From Vitrella brassicaformis CCMP3155 (taxonomy: Eukaryota; Protista; Chromerida), in assembly GCA_001179505.1 (NCBI GenBank), contig CDMY01000408.1, forward strand, positions 1 through 64,000: DNA of 64,000 bases, in the 5' to 3' direction. Position 1 is the first letter of the stretch. Each line of letters begins with the position of its first letter. Position numbers and translations under genes: made by a program. The notes under the pieces were generated by a model. That model did not search any database. It saw nothing but the letters and a program-made list of their open reading frames with translations, and had not been told where the DNA came from. This document shows positions 23,361-36,673 of the stretch, piece after piece.

Positions 23361-26300
23361 TTACGGGACAGGCACTCCGCCATCGTCAAGGCCGAGAAAA
23401 TGAATGCCCTCCCACGTACCAATGCGAGAGGACTGACTGTACACCCACCTTCCCACCCACCACCCATGTCTGCCTGCCCTGCCTGTGGGAGTGGTGTGTG
23501 CCTTTCTTGTGCGTGCGTATGTACAGCGACTGGAATTCGAGCCATCCATCCATCCCCCATCGATAGTGGGCATCACATCAAAACCGCAAACAAAAAGACA
23601 GCACCACAGCACAGCACAGCACACAGCAGCTCACAGACACATCCAGGCAAACACCGGGGCGCGTCACGCCTGTCTGTCGGTCAGTATGAAATGAATCAAC
23701 CAACGGTCACACAGTGTGTGAGATATTCAGTCCTTGGTCGGCGCCCAGATGGCCAGGTTGCCGTAAGAAATCGACGCGAGAATGTCTGAAGGAACCCGCC
23801 GGCAGCCATGCCACCGAGGAACGCACTCCTTTGCTGCATGGCCCGGTCATGCATGCGTCCCACCCATTGTTTCTCACCGTAGTTGGAGTGGATGGCTGCG
23901 AACGATGAAATGGTGATGGCATCGTCCTCGAGAGTCTGAGAAGGCAACAATATATCGACACAGACACGAGTGGCGACATTCAAGCGGATTCTCTCTTGGT
24001 GTCGATGCATGTTTCCACTGCTGACCGACCGACCGCTTTGTGTCCGCCAGGGTGTGCGAATGACGTCACGAAGACCTCCACCTTACGATCCAGAGAGCCG
24101 CTCTGCAACAACAGAGATAAAGAGAAATGCAAATTCCGCTGCCAAGAGTGCGTATTGCTTACCGTGAAGACGCCCGGAATCCTCGGGTGCCACTTCGGCT
24201 GCATGTGTCCACACACACACAGACACACACACACACAGAGATGCGGCCGCCCGTCTTCTCCTTGTGTTGACACATCTGGGTTGCAGCTTAGCTTACGTCG
24301 AAGTCAGTGATCCACAGGCCGGTGTTGTTGTTGTGAGCTATGCTGCAGATAGCAAAATGGCAACGCACGTACACACATACACACACGCAGAAAGGCCTCT
24401 ACCTCCTTGCTCTCCCCTCTCACCATGCACAGCCCGGGATTTTGGCCTTCTTGTCGAAGAAGTGGAATGAGTTGCCATGCGTCCGCAGATACGCAGACGG
24501 CTTCTCCTTCCCCTCCACTGCACACACACAACGCAATAAACACGCCAAGACAAAGGGGCGATCCACACCTAGGCCTAGCCGCCGCCCATCTCTCTCTTTC
24601 TCTCCGGCCGCGTGCGTACGTACCTCTCCAGTTGTGGGGCATCTGGGGTACGCCGTGTATGTTGTGGATGACCCCATACAGGCTGTCCAGGGTGCTGATG
24701 AGCAGCGAACGGCCGTCGGGCGAAAAGGACGACGTCTGCACACACACCACACAACACAACACAACACAACACGACACGGACAAGCATGGACACATGCTAG
24801 GTGCGGTGCATTCATTCATTCATTCATTCATTCGTCCGCTGCGCTGCGTTGTGTGGTCACCCACCTTGACGGCTCGCACAGGACCGAGGCTCCACACGGG
24901 GTCTCTAACCCTCCTGAGATCCCATATGTGCACCAGACCATCGTTGCCACCTAAACACACACACACACACACGCCGCTGTCTTCACGGATGCGCCCACAT
25001 GTGTCTGTGTCTGGTGTGTGGTGTGGTGTATGTCACCTGAGGCGAGTATGTGTGCGTCCCTTGGGTTGAAGGAGAGGCTGCCGACCTTCTTGACGTGCAG
25101 CCGGTGGCGCGTTTTGCTCTTGCTACGCAGATCGGCCACATACACCTCGCCGCGGTCATTGCCAAAGGCTAGAGTGGTGGGAGAGGCCACTGCACACAAA
25201 CAACAGAGGAGGAAGCAGCCAAGGGGTCTTGTCTCGGTCACACACACCGTTGTTGCTATTCTTTCTTCTTGTGTGTACCGACCGTCAAGAGCCGTGACCT
25301 TAGGCAGTTCTGCCCCATGGCTCTGCAGGATGGTCTTGTTGCTGCCCACACGACGCCCAGGACCGAAACCATTGCTGCACAACAACTGCACATACACACA
25401 CACACACACACTGTGCTGTCTGTCTGTCTGTTGACTAACGGAACTGACCGCCAGGTCGGTGACACAGACGGTGCCGTCGTACGATGCCGTCGCCACCTTG
25501 GTGCTCGTGCCGTCCGAACACTCAGGCACCTCACACTGAAGGCAGCACACACAAAACACACACATACACGCAGTCAGGGTGGGGTGGCGAGGATGATTGA
25601 GGGGTTCGTTGCTGACTGCCTGACCACTTTTGCTATGTGGGCTTCGTGAAGGTTCTCCTCGATGTAGTTGTCCCTGCGCAGCAGATGGTACACCGACAGG
25701 GCGCCACCCTTGTTGCCTGCACGCACCATAAATGGATGGATGGATGGAGGACAGGAGACGGCTGTCTGTCTGTGTGTGCTGTTTTGGGTACCGGCCAGCA
25801 GGAGGGGCTCCCTGCTGCACATGCCGAACGAGAAGACCTTATCACCGTCCGGAGAAATCCGCTCTGAACACACCAACAGACATGTCTTGCCTCTCCCCCG
25901 CCGCTGTGCATGGACGGACGTACCTGGTGCATCGGTCAGCTGCATCCGCTTGATCGTCTCCTCAAACCGCCTCAGCTCTACGTCACGCCGCAGGCTCTCG
26001 ATATCGACCATGTCCCTCTCCCGGGCCCGCACACGGTGGTACAGCGACACCACACCCCCTCCACCATGTGCCTGTCCGCCCTCCCTACCCTTCCTCTGCT
26101 GGTGGTGGTGGTGCGGGTGCGCCCGCGCTGTGCCAATCCCGCCGGCCGCCACGGCACTGCCCCTTTCCTCCCGCTTCTTGACCTCCTCCACATCGTGCTG
26201 CTTCTTGCGCTCCTCCTCTTTGTGGTCCTCCACCTCCTTCAGACGGTCGCTGCGGCGCAGGTTGATCCGGATGGAACTCGGAGGAGCCCTCGCCGCATCA

Positions 26301-26578
26301 CTGGACTGCTTGCCACTGATGGATGGCGCTGCAGCAGCTGATGCATCGGCTGATGCAGCAGCAGGGGCATCCGATGAGAGGGAGCGCTTCTGACCACGGC
26401 GAGAGGGGGGCTGGGCGGCAGGGGGGGCCGCGGGAGCTCCTGTGGCGGTGTCACCGAGGCGGGGTGACCGCCGTGAGCCGGCGACAGCCTTGGGAGCTGC
26501 CGAACGCGCCCGCTTCTTGTCAGGTTCGTCGGCAGCCGACGCAGCCTGCTCCTGTCCGGTGCCCCTCTTCGACGGCAT
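23361..26578 (-). CDS. WD40 protein of the DDB2/WDR76(Cmr1) family with low-complexity basic N-terminus
   Basis: MPSKRGTG...; VATASYDGTVCVTDL; LAFGNDRGEVYVADLR; HVKKVGSLSFNPRDAHILASG; SSFSPDGRSLLIST; PKWHPRIPGVF; TLEDDAITISSFAAIHSNY. DDB2 vs WDR76 not resolved. Confidence 0.7.
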
Positions 26579-27190
26579 TATTCCAAGGACTGATGCGATG
26601 ATAGCATGCCGCTACAAGCTGTTGTCACAAGTTGGACTCCAGCGAAGGTCGAATACGGAAAAGTTTCACGCCACTTCTCTAACTCCACTGCGGATCACAA
26701 ACGCACTTGACACACAGATGCACATTGCCCACTCACAGATGACCAACTGCATGTACCCCACCCTCATGCACCCATGGTACATCCACCCACCGCACGGTTC
26801 AACATGGAGGCTCCCTGAATTGAATCACCCCCCCTACATACCACCACACACATTCCCATCCCCTCAGTCTCTCATTCTCCACTATCAAACCAATCAATCG
26901 GCCGGCCACAGAAGCCCCTCAGCACAGCACAGCACAACACAACACAACACGAGCACGAGAGATAGAGCGAGGTACGAACGCAGCCTCGCTCTCCCATTTG
27001 GACGAGTGAAGCGGCCACACGCATCGCATCCACACCAATCAGTCCACACAACACGGCTTCGCACACAACCGCCATCGGACAAACAAACACACACACAAAC
27101 ACACACACACGACTTGACAAAAGAGGCGCTCTGCCTACACTCCACAAACAAACAACCAGACTGAGTCACGACGTGACATGATTGCTCTCA

Positions 27191-28135
27191 TCAGACGATG
27201 GACACAGGCCTGCCTACGGTGCGCTGCTGCACTCGTGCGGTCGGCAGGAGTGACCAAACGAGATTTCGCTCCCACCGCCAGGAAATCAGGCGAGCCACCC
27301 CGAAGAGCAAGAAGAGTACCAGGTATACCCAGAAGAGCACCATCTGCCCCCCCAGGGCAAGCACACAAAGGAAGGGCACACAGACACCCCACATTGCCTC
27401 GCGATACACGATGCTCCACGTCACGGCCAGTGCAATGGTATTCTCCACCCCCGATATGGCATAGATCCCAACACACCGAGTGACCAGCGCGAAAATCACG
27501 AAGCCCACGCCGACTGCGCCGAATCCGATGGCCACACACAGCCCGGGGTCCATCTCGTACTCGTCGGCAAACTCCAGCGTGGCGCGGGTGAAGTCCTGGA
27601 TGAGAGCGATGAAGTAGATGGGAAGGCTGAACAGAATCAACTGCAGGGTGTGCGTCGCCAGCTGGTGCTTGGACTTGCGGTGAGGGAAGGTGGCGCCACC
27701 CAGAGGCGCCAGGACAGCCATTCTTTTGGAGAAGGACCACCAGCATGACGCCAGGACACCCACAGCCACGACAGGGAGGGCGAACCACAGCCATGCCAGG
27801 GAGGCGGGAATCAGATGGAAGAGCACCGGGAGGAAGAACCACAGCTGATGGGTCAGGATGAGCTGATAAAAGTCAATGCTCCCGAACTAAAGACAGACAC
27901 ACAGACAAACAGACAAACAGACAGACAGACAGACAGAGGCAACCAACCGACCACGGTCAGAGATGGCGATGGAACGTCCTCTCTCGGGAGATCTCACCCT
28001 GCGAATCTCCGGCGGCTGGCTGACATCACTGTTGGCTTCGCCGGAATCGCCAGGCGTGACGAGAGGAGCGTACGCGAGACCACCATTGTCGGTGCTGGGC
28101 GCTTCCCCGTCGTGCAGCTGGACGGCGTCTGGCAT
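27191..28135 (-). CDS. Uncharacterised multi-pass membrane protein (about 6-7 hydrophobic segments); 2 exons
   Basis: MPDAVQLHDGEAPSTDNGG...|FGSIDFYQLILTHQLWFFLPVLFHLIPASLAWLWFALPVVAVGVLASCWW...; long open exon with serial hydrophobic helices. Confidence 0.75.
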
Positions 28136-28230
28136 CTCAATAACCGTAACTCAGGAAGGCTCAAGGAAGGATCAGTACGACAGAATCATACACCCGGGAC
28201 CTCGCTTCCTCCCCTCTCTCGTGGAAATCC

Positions 28231-28261
28231 GAAACCCTAGCAAACCCTTGCACCCAAACCC
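28231..28261 (+). promoter_or_regulatory. Telobox-like motifs in the TM-gene/SKP1 divergent promoter
   Basis: gaaaccctagcaaacccttgcacccaaaccc before ATG 28285. Confidence 0.4.
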
Positions 28262-28284
28262 GGAGCGAAGTGTTAGAGTTCGAG

Positions 28285-29594
28285 ATGGAGACTGCGCCAA
28301 TGGAGACTGAGCAGCGGCTGGTTAAGCTGTCATCGTCGCAGGGCGATGTGTTCGAGGTGGAGTTCGGCACAGCCTGCTACGCCGACGTGGTCAAACAAAT
28401 GATAGATTTCACTTCTGGTAGGGCACACAGGCAGAGCAGAGCAGAGCAGCCGAACCAAGCCTGCCTCCCGCGCTGCCTGCCTGCCTGGTTGTGCATCCGT
28501 CGCTGCATATCATTGTTCATTCAGAAAGCAGCGATGCGGAGACCATCCCCCTCAACCTTAAGACGACTGTGTTGGAGAAGGTGTTGCAGTACTGCGACTA
28601 CCACAGAGACAACGAACCCAAGGAGATTCCCAAACCGCTGCCCACCACCAACCTGGGGGAGGTCCGTCAACTCTCCCATTGCCAGTGGCTGGCGACAGGA
28701 GATGCGTACATGGCTCTGTGCTCTGTGTGTGTGTGTGTGCAGATCGTAGGAGACTGGGATGCGGCCTTCATCAATGTTGACGACGAGAACATGCTGTATG
28801 AGCTCATACTGGTAAGTGGCGATCAGTGGGGGTGTGCAAATAGCAACGCTTCCACGCTGCTGGTATGTGGTGTGGTGTCGTGTGTTGCGTGTGTTGCGTG
28901 TGTTGTGTGTGTGTGTCAGGCGGCCAACTACCTGGACATCAAGCCTCTGCTCGACCTGGCGTGTGCCAAGGCCGCCTGCGCCATCAAGGTCCGCCCATCC
29001 ATAGCTTCGTGCTGTCTGTCTGTATCTGCGCTGTGTGTGTGTGTGTGTCCGAACGCATCATCACTCACTCAGCACATGACGCCCGACGCGATTCGCGAGC
29101 ACTTCAACCTGCAGCCCGAACAGATGACGCCCGAGGAAGAGCAGGAGGTCAAGTNNNNNNNNNNNNNNNNNNNNNNNNNNNNNNNNNNNNNNNNNNNNNN
29201 NNNNNNNNNNNNNNNNNNNNNNNNNNNNNNNNNNNNNNNNNNNNNNNNNNNNNNNNNNNNNNNNNNNNNNNNNNNNNNNNNNNNNNNNNNNNNNNNNNNN
29301 NNNNNNNNNNNNNNNNNNNNNNNNNNNNNNNNNNNNNNNNNNNNNNNNNNNNNNNNNNNNNNNNNNNNNNNNNNNNNNNNNNNNNNNNNNNNNNNNNNNN
29401 NNNNNNNNNNNNNNNNNNNNNNNNNNNNNNNNNNNNNNNNNNNNNNNNNNNNNNCCCCCCCCCCCCCCCCCGCCCCTCTCAGCATACCACACCGATGCCA
29501 CACCGACCGTCGCGGGGCGACATGTGTCTTGTCTTGTGTTGTGTGTCAGATGTTGGAGGAGCTCAAGTGGTGCACAGACGGGGGGGCCGCATAG
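28285..29594 (+). CDS. SKP1: SKP1-family protein (SCF adaptor), somewhat divergent; spans a gap
   Basis: VKLSSSQGDVFEVE; LEKVLQYCDYH; WDAAFINVD; LYELIL|AANYLDIKPLLDLACAKAACAIK|HMTPDAIREHFNL...MTPEEEQEVK|MLEELKWC. Confidence 0.93.
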
Positions 29595-29958
29595 GAGCAA
29601 GCTACCAGCCGACCAAGGAGGGAGGGAGGGAACGACACACAGGTGCGTGGGTGTGTGTGAGGGACGTGTGTCGGTCGACCCATTAGCTAACTGGCCAAGG
29701 GGGCGGTGATACACATGGCATACGGGGGCTTCGCTTCCATCCCATCACCGTATTGATGTGTGCGCCGCCTCGTATCTCCGTGGCTGGCTGGCTGGCTTCT
29801 ACGGCTTGAGTGGTGTACTTGTACGTACTGTGCTGTTTATGTGTACAGACAGAGAATGAGGGCGGTGTCTGTCTTGATCCGACCGAGGGAGGGGAGCAAT
29901 CATGCGTGTCTTCGTAGTGTCCTTGTCGTGACGGTGCTCAGCCTGATGAATCAGTGCA

Positions 29959-32900
29959 TCAGATTGAGGGCCGTGACGGCAGGGATGTGGCGAAAAGATA
30001 TCCATGATACTGCTTCTTGACATCTTCCTGATCGGTGTTGACACGACTTCTCTCCCCGTGGGTGTGTGTGTGTGAGCCGTCCTGTTGTTGCCGTCGTGAG
30101 ATCATCACGGCGACAAAAAGCGGCCGATGTTTCTCTGGGTCACCATGGCTGATGTGACGAGACATCTGTGTGCGTGTGTGACCACGTGAATGAGCGTATT
30201 GTGATGTGTTGAGCACCGAAAGAGGTGGAGAATGTTCTGTACACACAACACAGGAGGCAGTCACGATACCGTCACCGATCACACAGGCAATCAATGCACA
30301 TGTGTCAGTCAACCCCCCCCCCGCGCGCACACACGCACACATGGAAGCAAAGCTATGAATCCGTACAATCAATTGACCAGTCCCCCCGTCTGCGCCAACC
30401 CACGTACCCCACCCCACCCATACGCCGGATAGGATACCTGTCTGCAAAACCCATCTACGCCTAACCAGACAGAGGGAAAGATGTACTCGCCCATGAATGG
30501 AATGCAGCCCCCCCCCCCCTTCAGACACATGCTGGTCTGCCGAGCCCCTGGCCCATCCTCACTCACAAAGGGCCTTGCTGCTGCTGCTGCTGCTGGAAGG
30601 GGGGGCTATATCGGCCCAGCTGATGGACCGGGTGCATCGCCAGCGGCCCGCCCCCACGAGACGGCGGCATGTGCAGACTCTCCATGCCAGGACTCCCCAG
30701 AAATGACGGCGGGGCCGCTATGGCATTGCCCTCCTGCTGCTGCTGCTGCTGGATCGGCATCTGCATCTGCATCGTGTTTGCGGGTGCGTTCTGGAGGGCG
30801 AGGGCGGCCTGGTGTGCCTGGGGGGAGCTGAGGAGGCGGTCCTCGTTGCCCTGTGTGAGTGACTGGGCGACGTGTCGCTCGAAGACGGCGACTTGCTGTG
30901 AGAGTATGTCGCAGTATGACTGGTGGTCGCGGTGCTGCTGCTCCAGCTGCTGCTGCTTCAACTGCAGCTGCTGGTGCGCCGCATCCAAACGCTCACGTGT
31001 CAGCTGCAGGGACAACAAAGGAACGATACATGCGGGGAGGGATTCGTGTTGCGACGATGTGTGTGTGAGTGTGTGTGTACATGCCTGCAAGTCGTCTTTG
31101 ACGAGCTCGAGTTGGTGTTTGTAGTGCATCTTCTCGCGCCTCTCGGCTTGCAGGGCCTCCTCGGCCTCGTGGTCCAACTTGTACTGAAGCCGACGGATCG
31201 CCTGGTTGATTCAACACACATCCACACCACACACACAGACAGATGAGCAACACCGATGGCTGCCGTTGGGGAATGGCTCCTCTCATCTCACCTGCTGTGC
31301 GTCGCTGTGCAGCTCTGACGCCAGTTTGTCCTCCAGCTCTACTCGCGCCTTGTCGGCCTCTCGCAGCCGCTGCTGCAGCAAACCACACCGGCTCTTCCAA
31401 TCGTCAACCTGAATGTGCGTATGGGGACAGACGGATGGCCAGACAGACATGAATGCGATGGATGGATGGATGGCCCAGTTGATTGCCCCCACACCAACCC
31501 ACCTGCAGCTCAAGTGCCCTGAGGACGTCTGCATCAGCCTCGCGGCCACGGCTGGTCAGAGAGCCACCTGTGGACACATGTGACACACAAGCAATGAAAC
31601 GGCAATGACAGAGAGACAGATACAGTTCATCTCTCACTCACTTTTGGGGTCAGTCTCGCTGGTTTTGGTCTTTCGCGCGATGGCGGCCTCCTTTGCGACA
31701 GTGAGCTCCTTGGTGATGCGGTCGACCTCCCTCTTGAGGGCCTCGTTCTCCTCGACCAGCTCACAGCTCCGCTGAAGCGCCTCAGACGGATCGACATACT
31801 AAACACACACACACACACACACACGTACAGATGACGCCATCTGTGGCGGGATGGATGGCCACTTGCTCACTCACCAGCATAGCCTCTTTGAAGGCCTCGA
31901 AGTCTACTCGGGCGCCGGCGCCGCCCCCCTGGCTGTCGCTGGGATATGCTGCCGCCTGGTGGACGGCCGGCGGCTGTGTGAAGTCGACAAGGAACTGCCA
32001 CATGGCGGCCATCTCGCCCGCCGTCCACCCCACCTTGCGCAGCACAAAGTACTTCTCGAAGTCGCGCCGCTCGATAAAGCCGTCCTGGTTGGAATCAATG
32101 TCCCAGAAGACGTCCTCGATGACCGCGTCGCGGCTGCCCTTGACGCTGGCGAGTGCCGGTTTGATGACCCGCCTTTGGTCCCGGTCCNNNNNNNNNNNNN
32201 NNNNNNNNNNNNNNNNNNNNNNNNNNNNNNNNNNNNNNNNNNNNNNNNNNNNNNNNNNNNNNNNNNNNNNNNNNNNNNNNNNNNNNNNNNNNNNNNNNNN
32301 NNNNNNNNNNNNNNNNNNNNNNNNNNNNNNNNNNNNNNNNNNNNNNNNNNNNNNNNNNNNNNNNNNNNNNNNNNNNNNNNNNNNNNNNNNNNNNNNNNNN
32401 NNNNNNNNNNNNNNNNNNNNNNNNNNNNNNNNNNNNNNNNNNNNNNNNNNNNNNNNNNNNNNNNNNNNNNNNNNNNNNNNNNNNNNNGGCTCCCCACAGC
32501 GCGCCATAGGGGGTCGAGAGGAAGTGCCGCACGATACGCGGCAGGGCGCTGAGGGCCTCTTGGTCGACGGATGCTGGCACTGGGGAGGGGATGGCACGTG
32601 TGGCGGCGGTGTTGGCCTCGTTGTCAGCCGGTGGCAGGTGGGTATGCGTGTGGGTGTACTGCTGCAGGTGCTGCATCCGCTGGATCTGGCTGCCCATCAT
32701 CTCGATCTGCCGCGCCATGGTCTCCCTCTCGGCCAGTGCCGCCTTGAGCTGCCGCTGGAGCTCTCCCTCCCTCTCCCTCGCGCCCTCATCAACCACCGCC
32801 ATCCGCTGCTCCTGGCCCATCTGTGGGCCGCCCACGACGGGAGGGGCCTTGCGAAGCTGACGTGGCACGGAAGTGGCCGCCTTGAGCTGCCGACGCAGAT

Positions 32901-35900
32901 GGGCAATCTCGGCCTCATACTGCCGCTCCCGCAAGGTGACTACCGGGGTGTCCGGCCGGTCTGGTGAGGGCTTCTCGTCATTCGGCTGCGGGTGCTCGTG
33001 ATGGTGGAGTCTCCTCTGCAGCTCGGCGACGATGGTGTCGTGCTGGGCGCGGAGAGTGCCGAGTGAGGCCTCGTAGTGCTCCTGGCGCGCATGCAGCTGT
33101 TCGTGCAGGTCTTTGACTTGTGCCTCGAGGTCCTTGACCTGTCGCGCCTCCTCGGGTGGTGTCTGGCATGAGGCCATCATGGCCGTGAGGGAGTCGGGGT
33201 GCTTCTTCTTCAATGCGTCACTCAACTCGGACACCTACGCGCAACACGGAGACACACATGGGAAGTGGCTGGTGGAGTTCAGTGGTTCGTGTGTGCATGC
33301 CTCTCTGTCTGTCTGTGTGTGTGTGCGTGTGTGTGTGTACTTGTTTGCGTAGTTTGTCAACTTCCTGTTGTTGACGGCGTCCAGTAGGGTCTGGTCTCTC
33401 GGCCAGCTTCTGCCGCAGCTTCCTGATCTCCTCCTCCCTGTCTATCGCCTTCCTGAATAAATGTACCCAACACACACACACAGACGCATGAGAGACTCAC
33501 ATGTCCTCCATCTGTGTGCTAAGAGGCGTGCATACGTACTTTTGTTGGAACTCGAAAGCCCGCTGCGTCTTCTCGTAGAACTTGATACGCTCATTGAGGT
33601 TTTGAGCCTCTGTGTCCGACGCAGCTTTCTGCAGGGTAGGGTAGACAGACGAGGGTGCATGCACTGACTGCACAGGCTGGTGGGTGAGGGGTTCCCTCCC
33701 TCAGCCACACGGCCAGGGACTGGACTCACCTGTTCCTTGAGTTTTTGTTGGAGTATGGCGGTCTCCTCGCGGGCCCTCTCGAGCTTGCTGGCCATGTCCT
33801 GCACGCCATGAGCCTTGGCCACCCACTGCTCCTTCTCCCCCCGAACCTCAGCCAACTCCTCCTGACAACAGCAACCACCGTGTGTGTGTGTGTGTGTGTG
33901 TGGCGCACTGCACTGGCTGACCTGTAGCTTGCGTGCGCGTTGTTTCTCCTTGTCGTAGTTGGCTTCGATGCGCCTGAGGCGCTCGTCGGGCGGGACGTCG
34001 TACTTGATCTTGGCCCTGGCGGCGTTGAGCTCCTCGGCCATGCGCACCTGGTCCTCCTCGTGCTGGCGACGCTCGTCATTCAAGTACGCTCGCAAACCCT
34101 GATTCTCCTGCATACACACACACACAGAGGGAGGGAGGGAGGGAGGGAGGGAGAGATGGTGATGGCATGTGCTCCTTTGTCGTCGGTGTGTCTGATGTCC
34201 ATGTCTGTCCAGGTACCTGAGTGAGTTTCCTGTTGTCGGCCTCTGCTGTAGCGAATAGCTGCTCCACCTGCTGGTGCTCCCTCGTCAGCTTGTCAAGCTC
34301 CTCCCGCAGCCGGGCGTTCTCATGCCGAAGCCAGTCTTCGGTGGTCATCTCCTCCCTCTCACTACTACCCTCACCACCCTGATTGGCCTGGCTGGGTGTG
34401 CCGGCGTGCGATTCCCGCTCCCGTCGTCTGGCCCGCCTCTTGGCTGTCCCGGGGGTGTCCCTCATGCGGCCATGAGACTTGCGCAGATTGCCGCCGCCAT
34501 GGCCCTCACCCTTGTGCAGGAACTGGCGGGCCGGCGTGTTAGGGTCAGCCGGGGGGACCGTGAAGTCAGGGAGGACGTCGTGGCTGTCATCGTCGGGCGT
34601 CTCGGTGCCAGAGGGTGCGGAGGGAGCAGGGAAGGCAGCGGGGGCGGAAAGGGGCTGTTGCTGGTGCTGCTGGGGCGGCAGGGGCGGGGGAGTGCTGGCC
34701 TGTGACTCGTTCTGCTTGTAGTGGTCGATCTGCCGGCGCTGCTCCTCACATTTGGTCTCGAACCCGTCGAGCTTCTGCTGCAGGGTGCGGAGCATCTCCT
34801 CGAGCGTGGCCTTCTTCTGCTGCTCCTGCTGGTCCCTCTCGGCCTTGTCCTGGGCGAACTGCCGCTCTCTCTCCTCGGCCGCACGCCGCAAAGCCTCCAC
34901 CTCGCGACGCAGCTCGGCCGCCTGACGCTCTGACTCGTTGATACGACGATCAGCCTCCTCTACCTGCATGCACACCGACGCACACACATCCATCCATGCC
35001 GCAACACAGATCTCCCTCCCAGGAGCTCATTGAAACCCTTCTGCTCCCCCCCTCTCAGACTCACCTGCGCAACTCTCTGGCTGAGGGCCTGCACCTCTCC
35101 CAGCGCCGCCCGCAGCTCAGCGGTCCGGTCCCGCGGACCGCTGTCGCCCTCGGCTGGCACGGGAGCCGACGCGACGCCTGACGGCTGACAGCCCATAGCA
35201 CCCGCACTCTCGCCCACCGGAGATGCCGCAGCCGCGTTGGCCGCCGAGTCGCTATTGTCCGGTGGGGCAGAGTGGACGCGCTGTGGCGGCTGGGAGGGCC
35301 CTTTGGTGTCCTGCTTGTCGTCCAAGAGGTCGCGCTGCTCCTCCTCAGTGAGAACTCGGGGGCGGATGCCCCCTGGCCCATGCATCGTGGGGACTGCCGA
35401 GGGAGAGCTCACCAGCCGCGCCGCTGCTGCCGCTGCTGGAGGGATTGGCTGCTCTTCGAGGACTATTTCCTGGACGTCGGGAGTCTCCTGGCCGTTGTCG
35501 TCTTCGATGATGGGCGATGGCTCCTCCGAGGCCGGCTGCCCCACCCCGCGCATGCCGACAAAGTCTGGTGTGAATGCCCTCTCCACCCCACCGCCCTCAC
35601 CGTACGGCCGCGGCGTGTTGGGGCCGATCTTCTCCGCCTCTATCGACACCAGGCCCTCCTCGTGCGTCACGGCAGACGTGACCGACTTGGCCGCCTTGAC
35701 AATCGTGCCGGGCGACCGTGCGGCCAGGCCCCCTTCGCCGATGCCGTCGGGCGTCTTGGGGTCGACACCATTGACCTTTGGGAGAGGCTGCCAGTGCTGA
35801 GTGCCGCTGTCAGTGCGCCGCACCTGCCGAATGCGGTGGGGGACGGCCGGTGTTGGCGCAGGGGGGACGGAGGTGTCTTCGTCACGGTCCTTGTCCTTGT

Positions 35901-36640
35901 CCTCTCCTCCCTCCTCGCCCCTCTCCACGCCGTCGACGGGCCGCTCCGTCTCGGGTATGGGCGGGAGTGTGACGCCCTCCGCCGGTCTCTCCGCCGGCTG
36001 GTCCACCGATGCGTCGGCCTCCTGGAGCACCTCGTCCAGTGCCGTGGGGTCGAGGAGGATCTCGCCGATGTCCGCCACCGTCTTGACGTTCTCGAACGAA
36101 CTCCGCTTGGCGTAGGGCGTGGGCGACAATGCACTGTCAACGTCAGCCGCCGTGCGGATGGGCCGCTGGGGCGAGGAGCCGAGCGAGTCACCAACTGGGC
36201 GGTCCTTGTGCCCGTGTGCGTCTGCATCGCTTTCGAAGTCCTCTGAGTACTCCTCCTCCTCTACCCTCGGGGCGGCATCGGGCTGAGAGGGAGGGGGAGG
36301 CGCAGAGGGAGGGGCAGGGGGAGGGGGCGGCGACGGTGGTCTTGGCTGGGGCTGGGGCTGGGCCGCTCGGCTCTCGAGGGTCTCTCGCGTCTCGCGCGCC
36401 TCAGACACCCCAGACTGAGACCACACAGGGACCAACACCGCACAAGCAGGGAGTGGAGGGATGCATGTCTGTGTTTGTGAGGGTGGCAAGGCAATGGTCT
36501 TTCCCACCTGCAGCGCCTGCAGATATCCTGCGAACACAGACGCCTGTGCTGCCGTGAGCGGCTGCTCGCTGCCCCCAGCCTGTGGCGCAGCGGCAGACGG
36601 TTGCGATTCACCAACATCCTCTAGGCCACTCGCACCCTGC

Positions 36641-36673
<33 letters not shown>

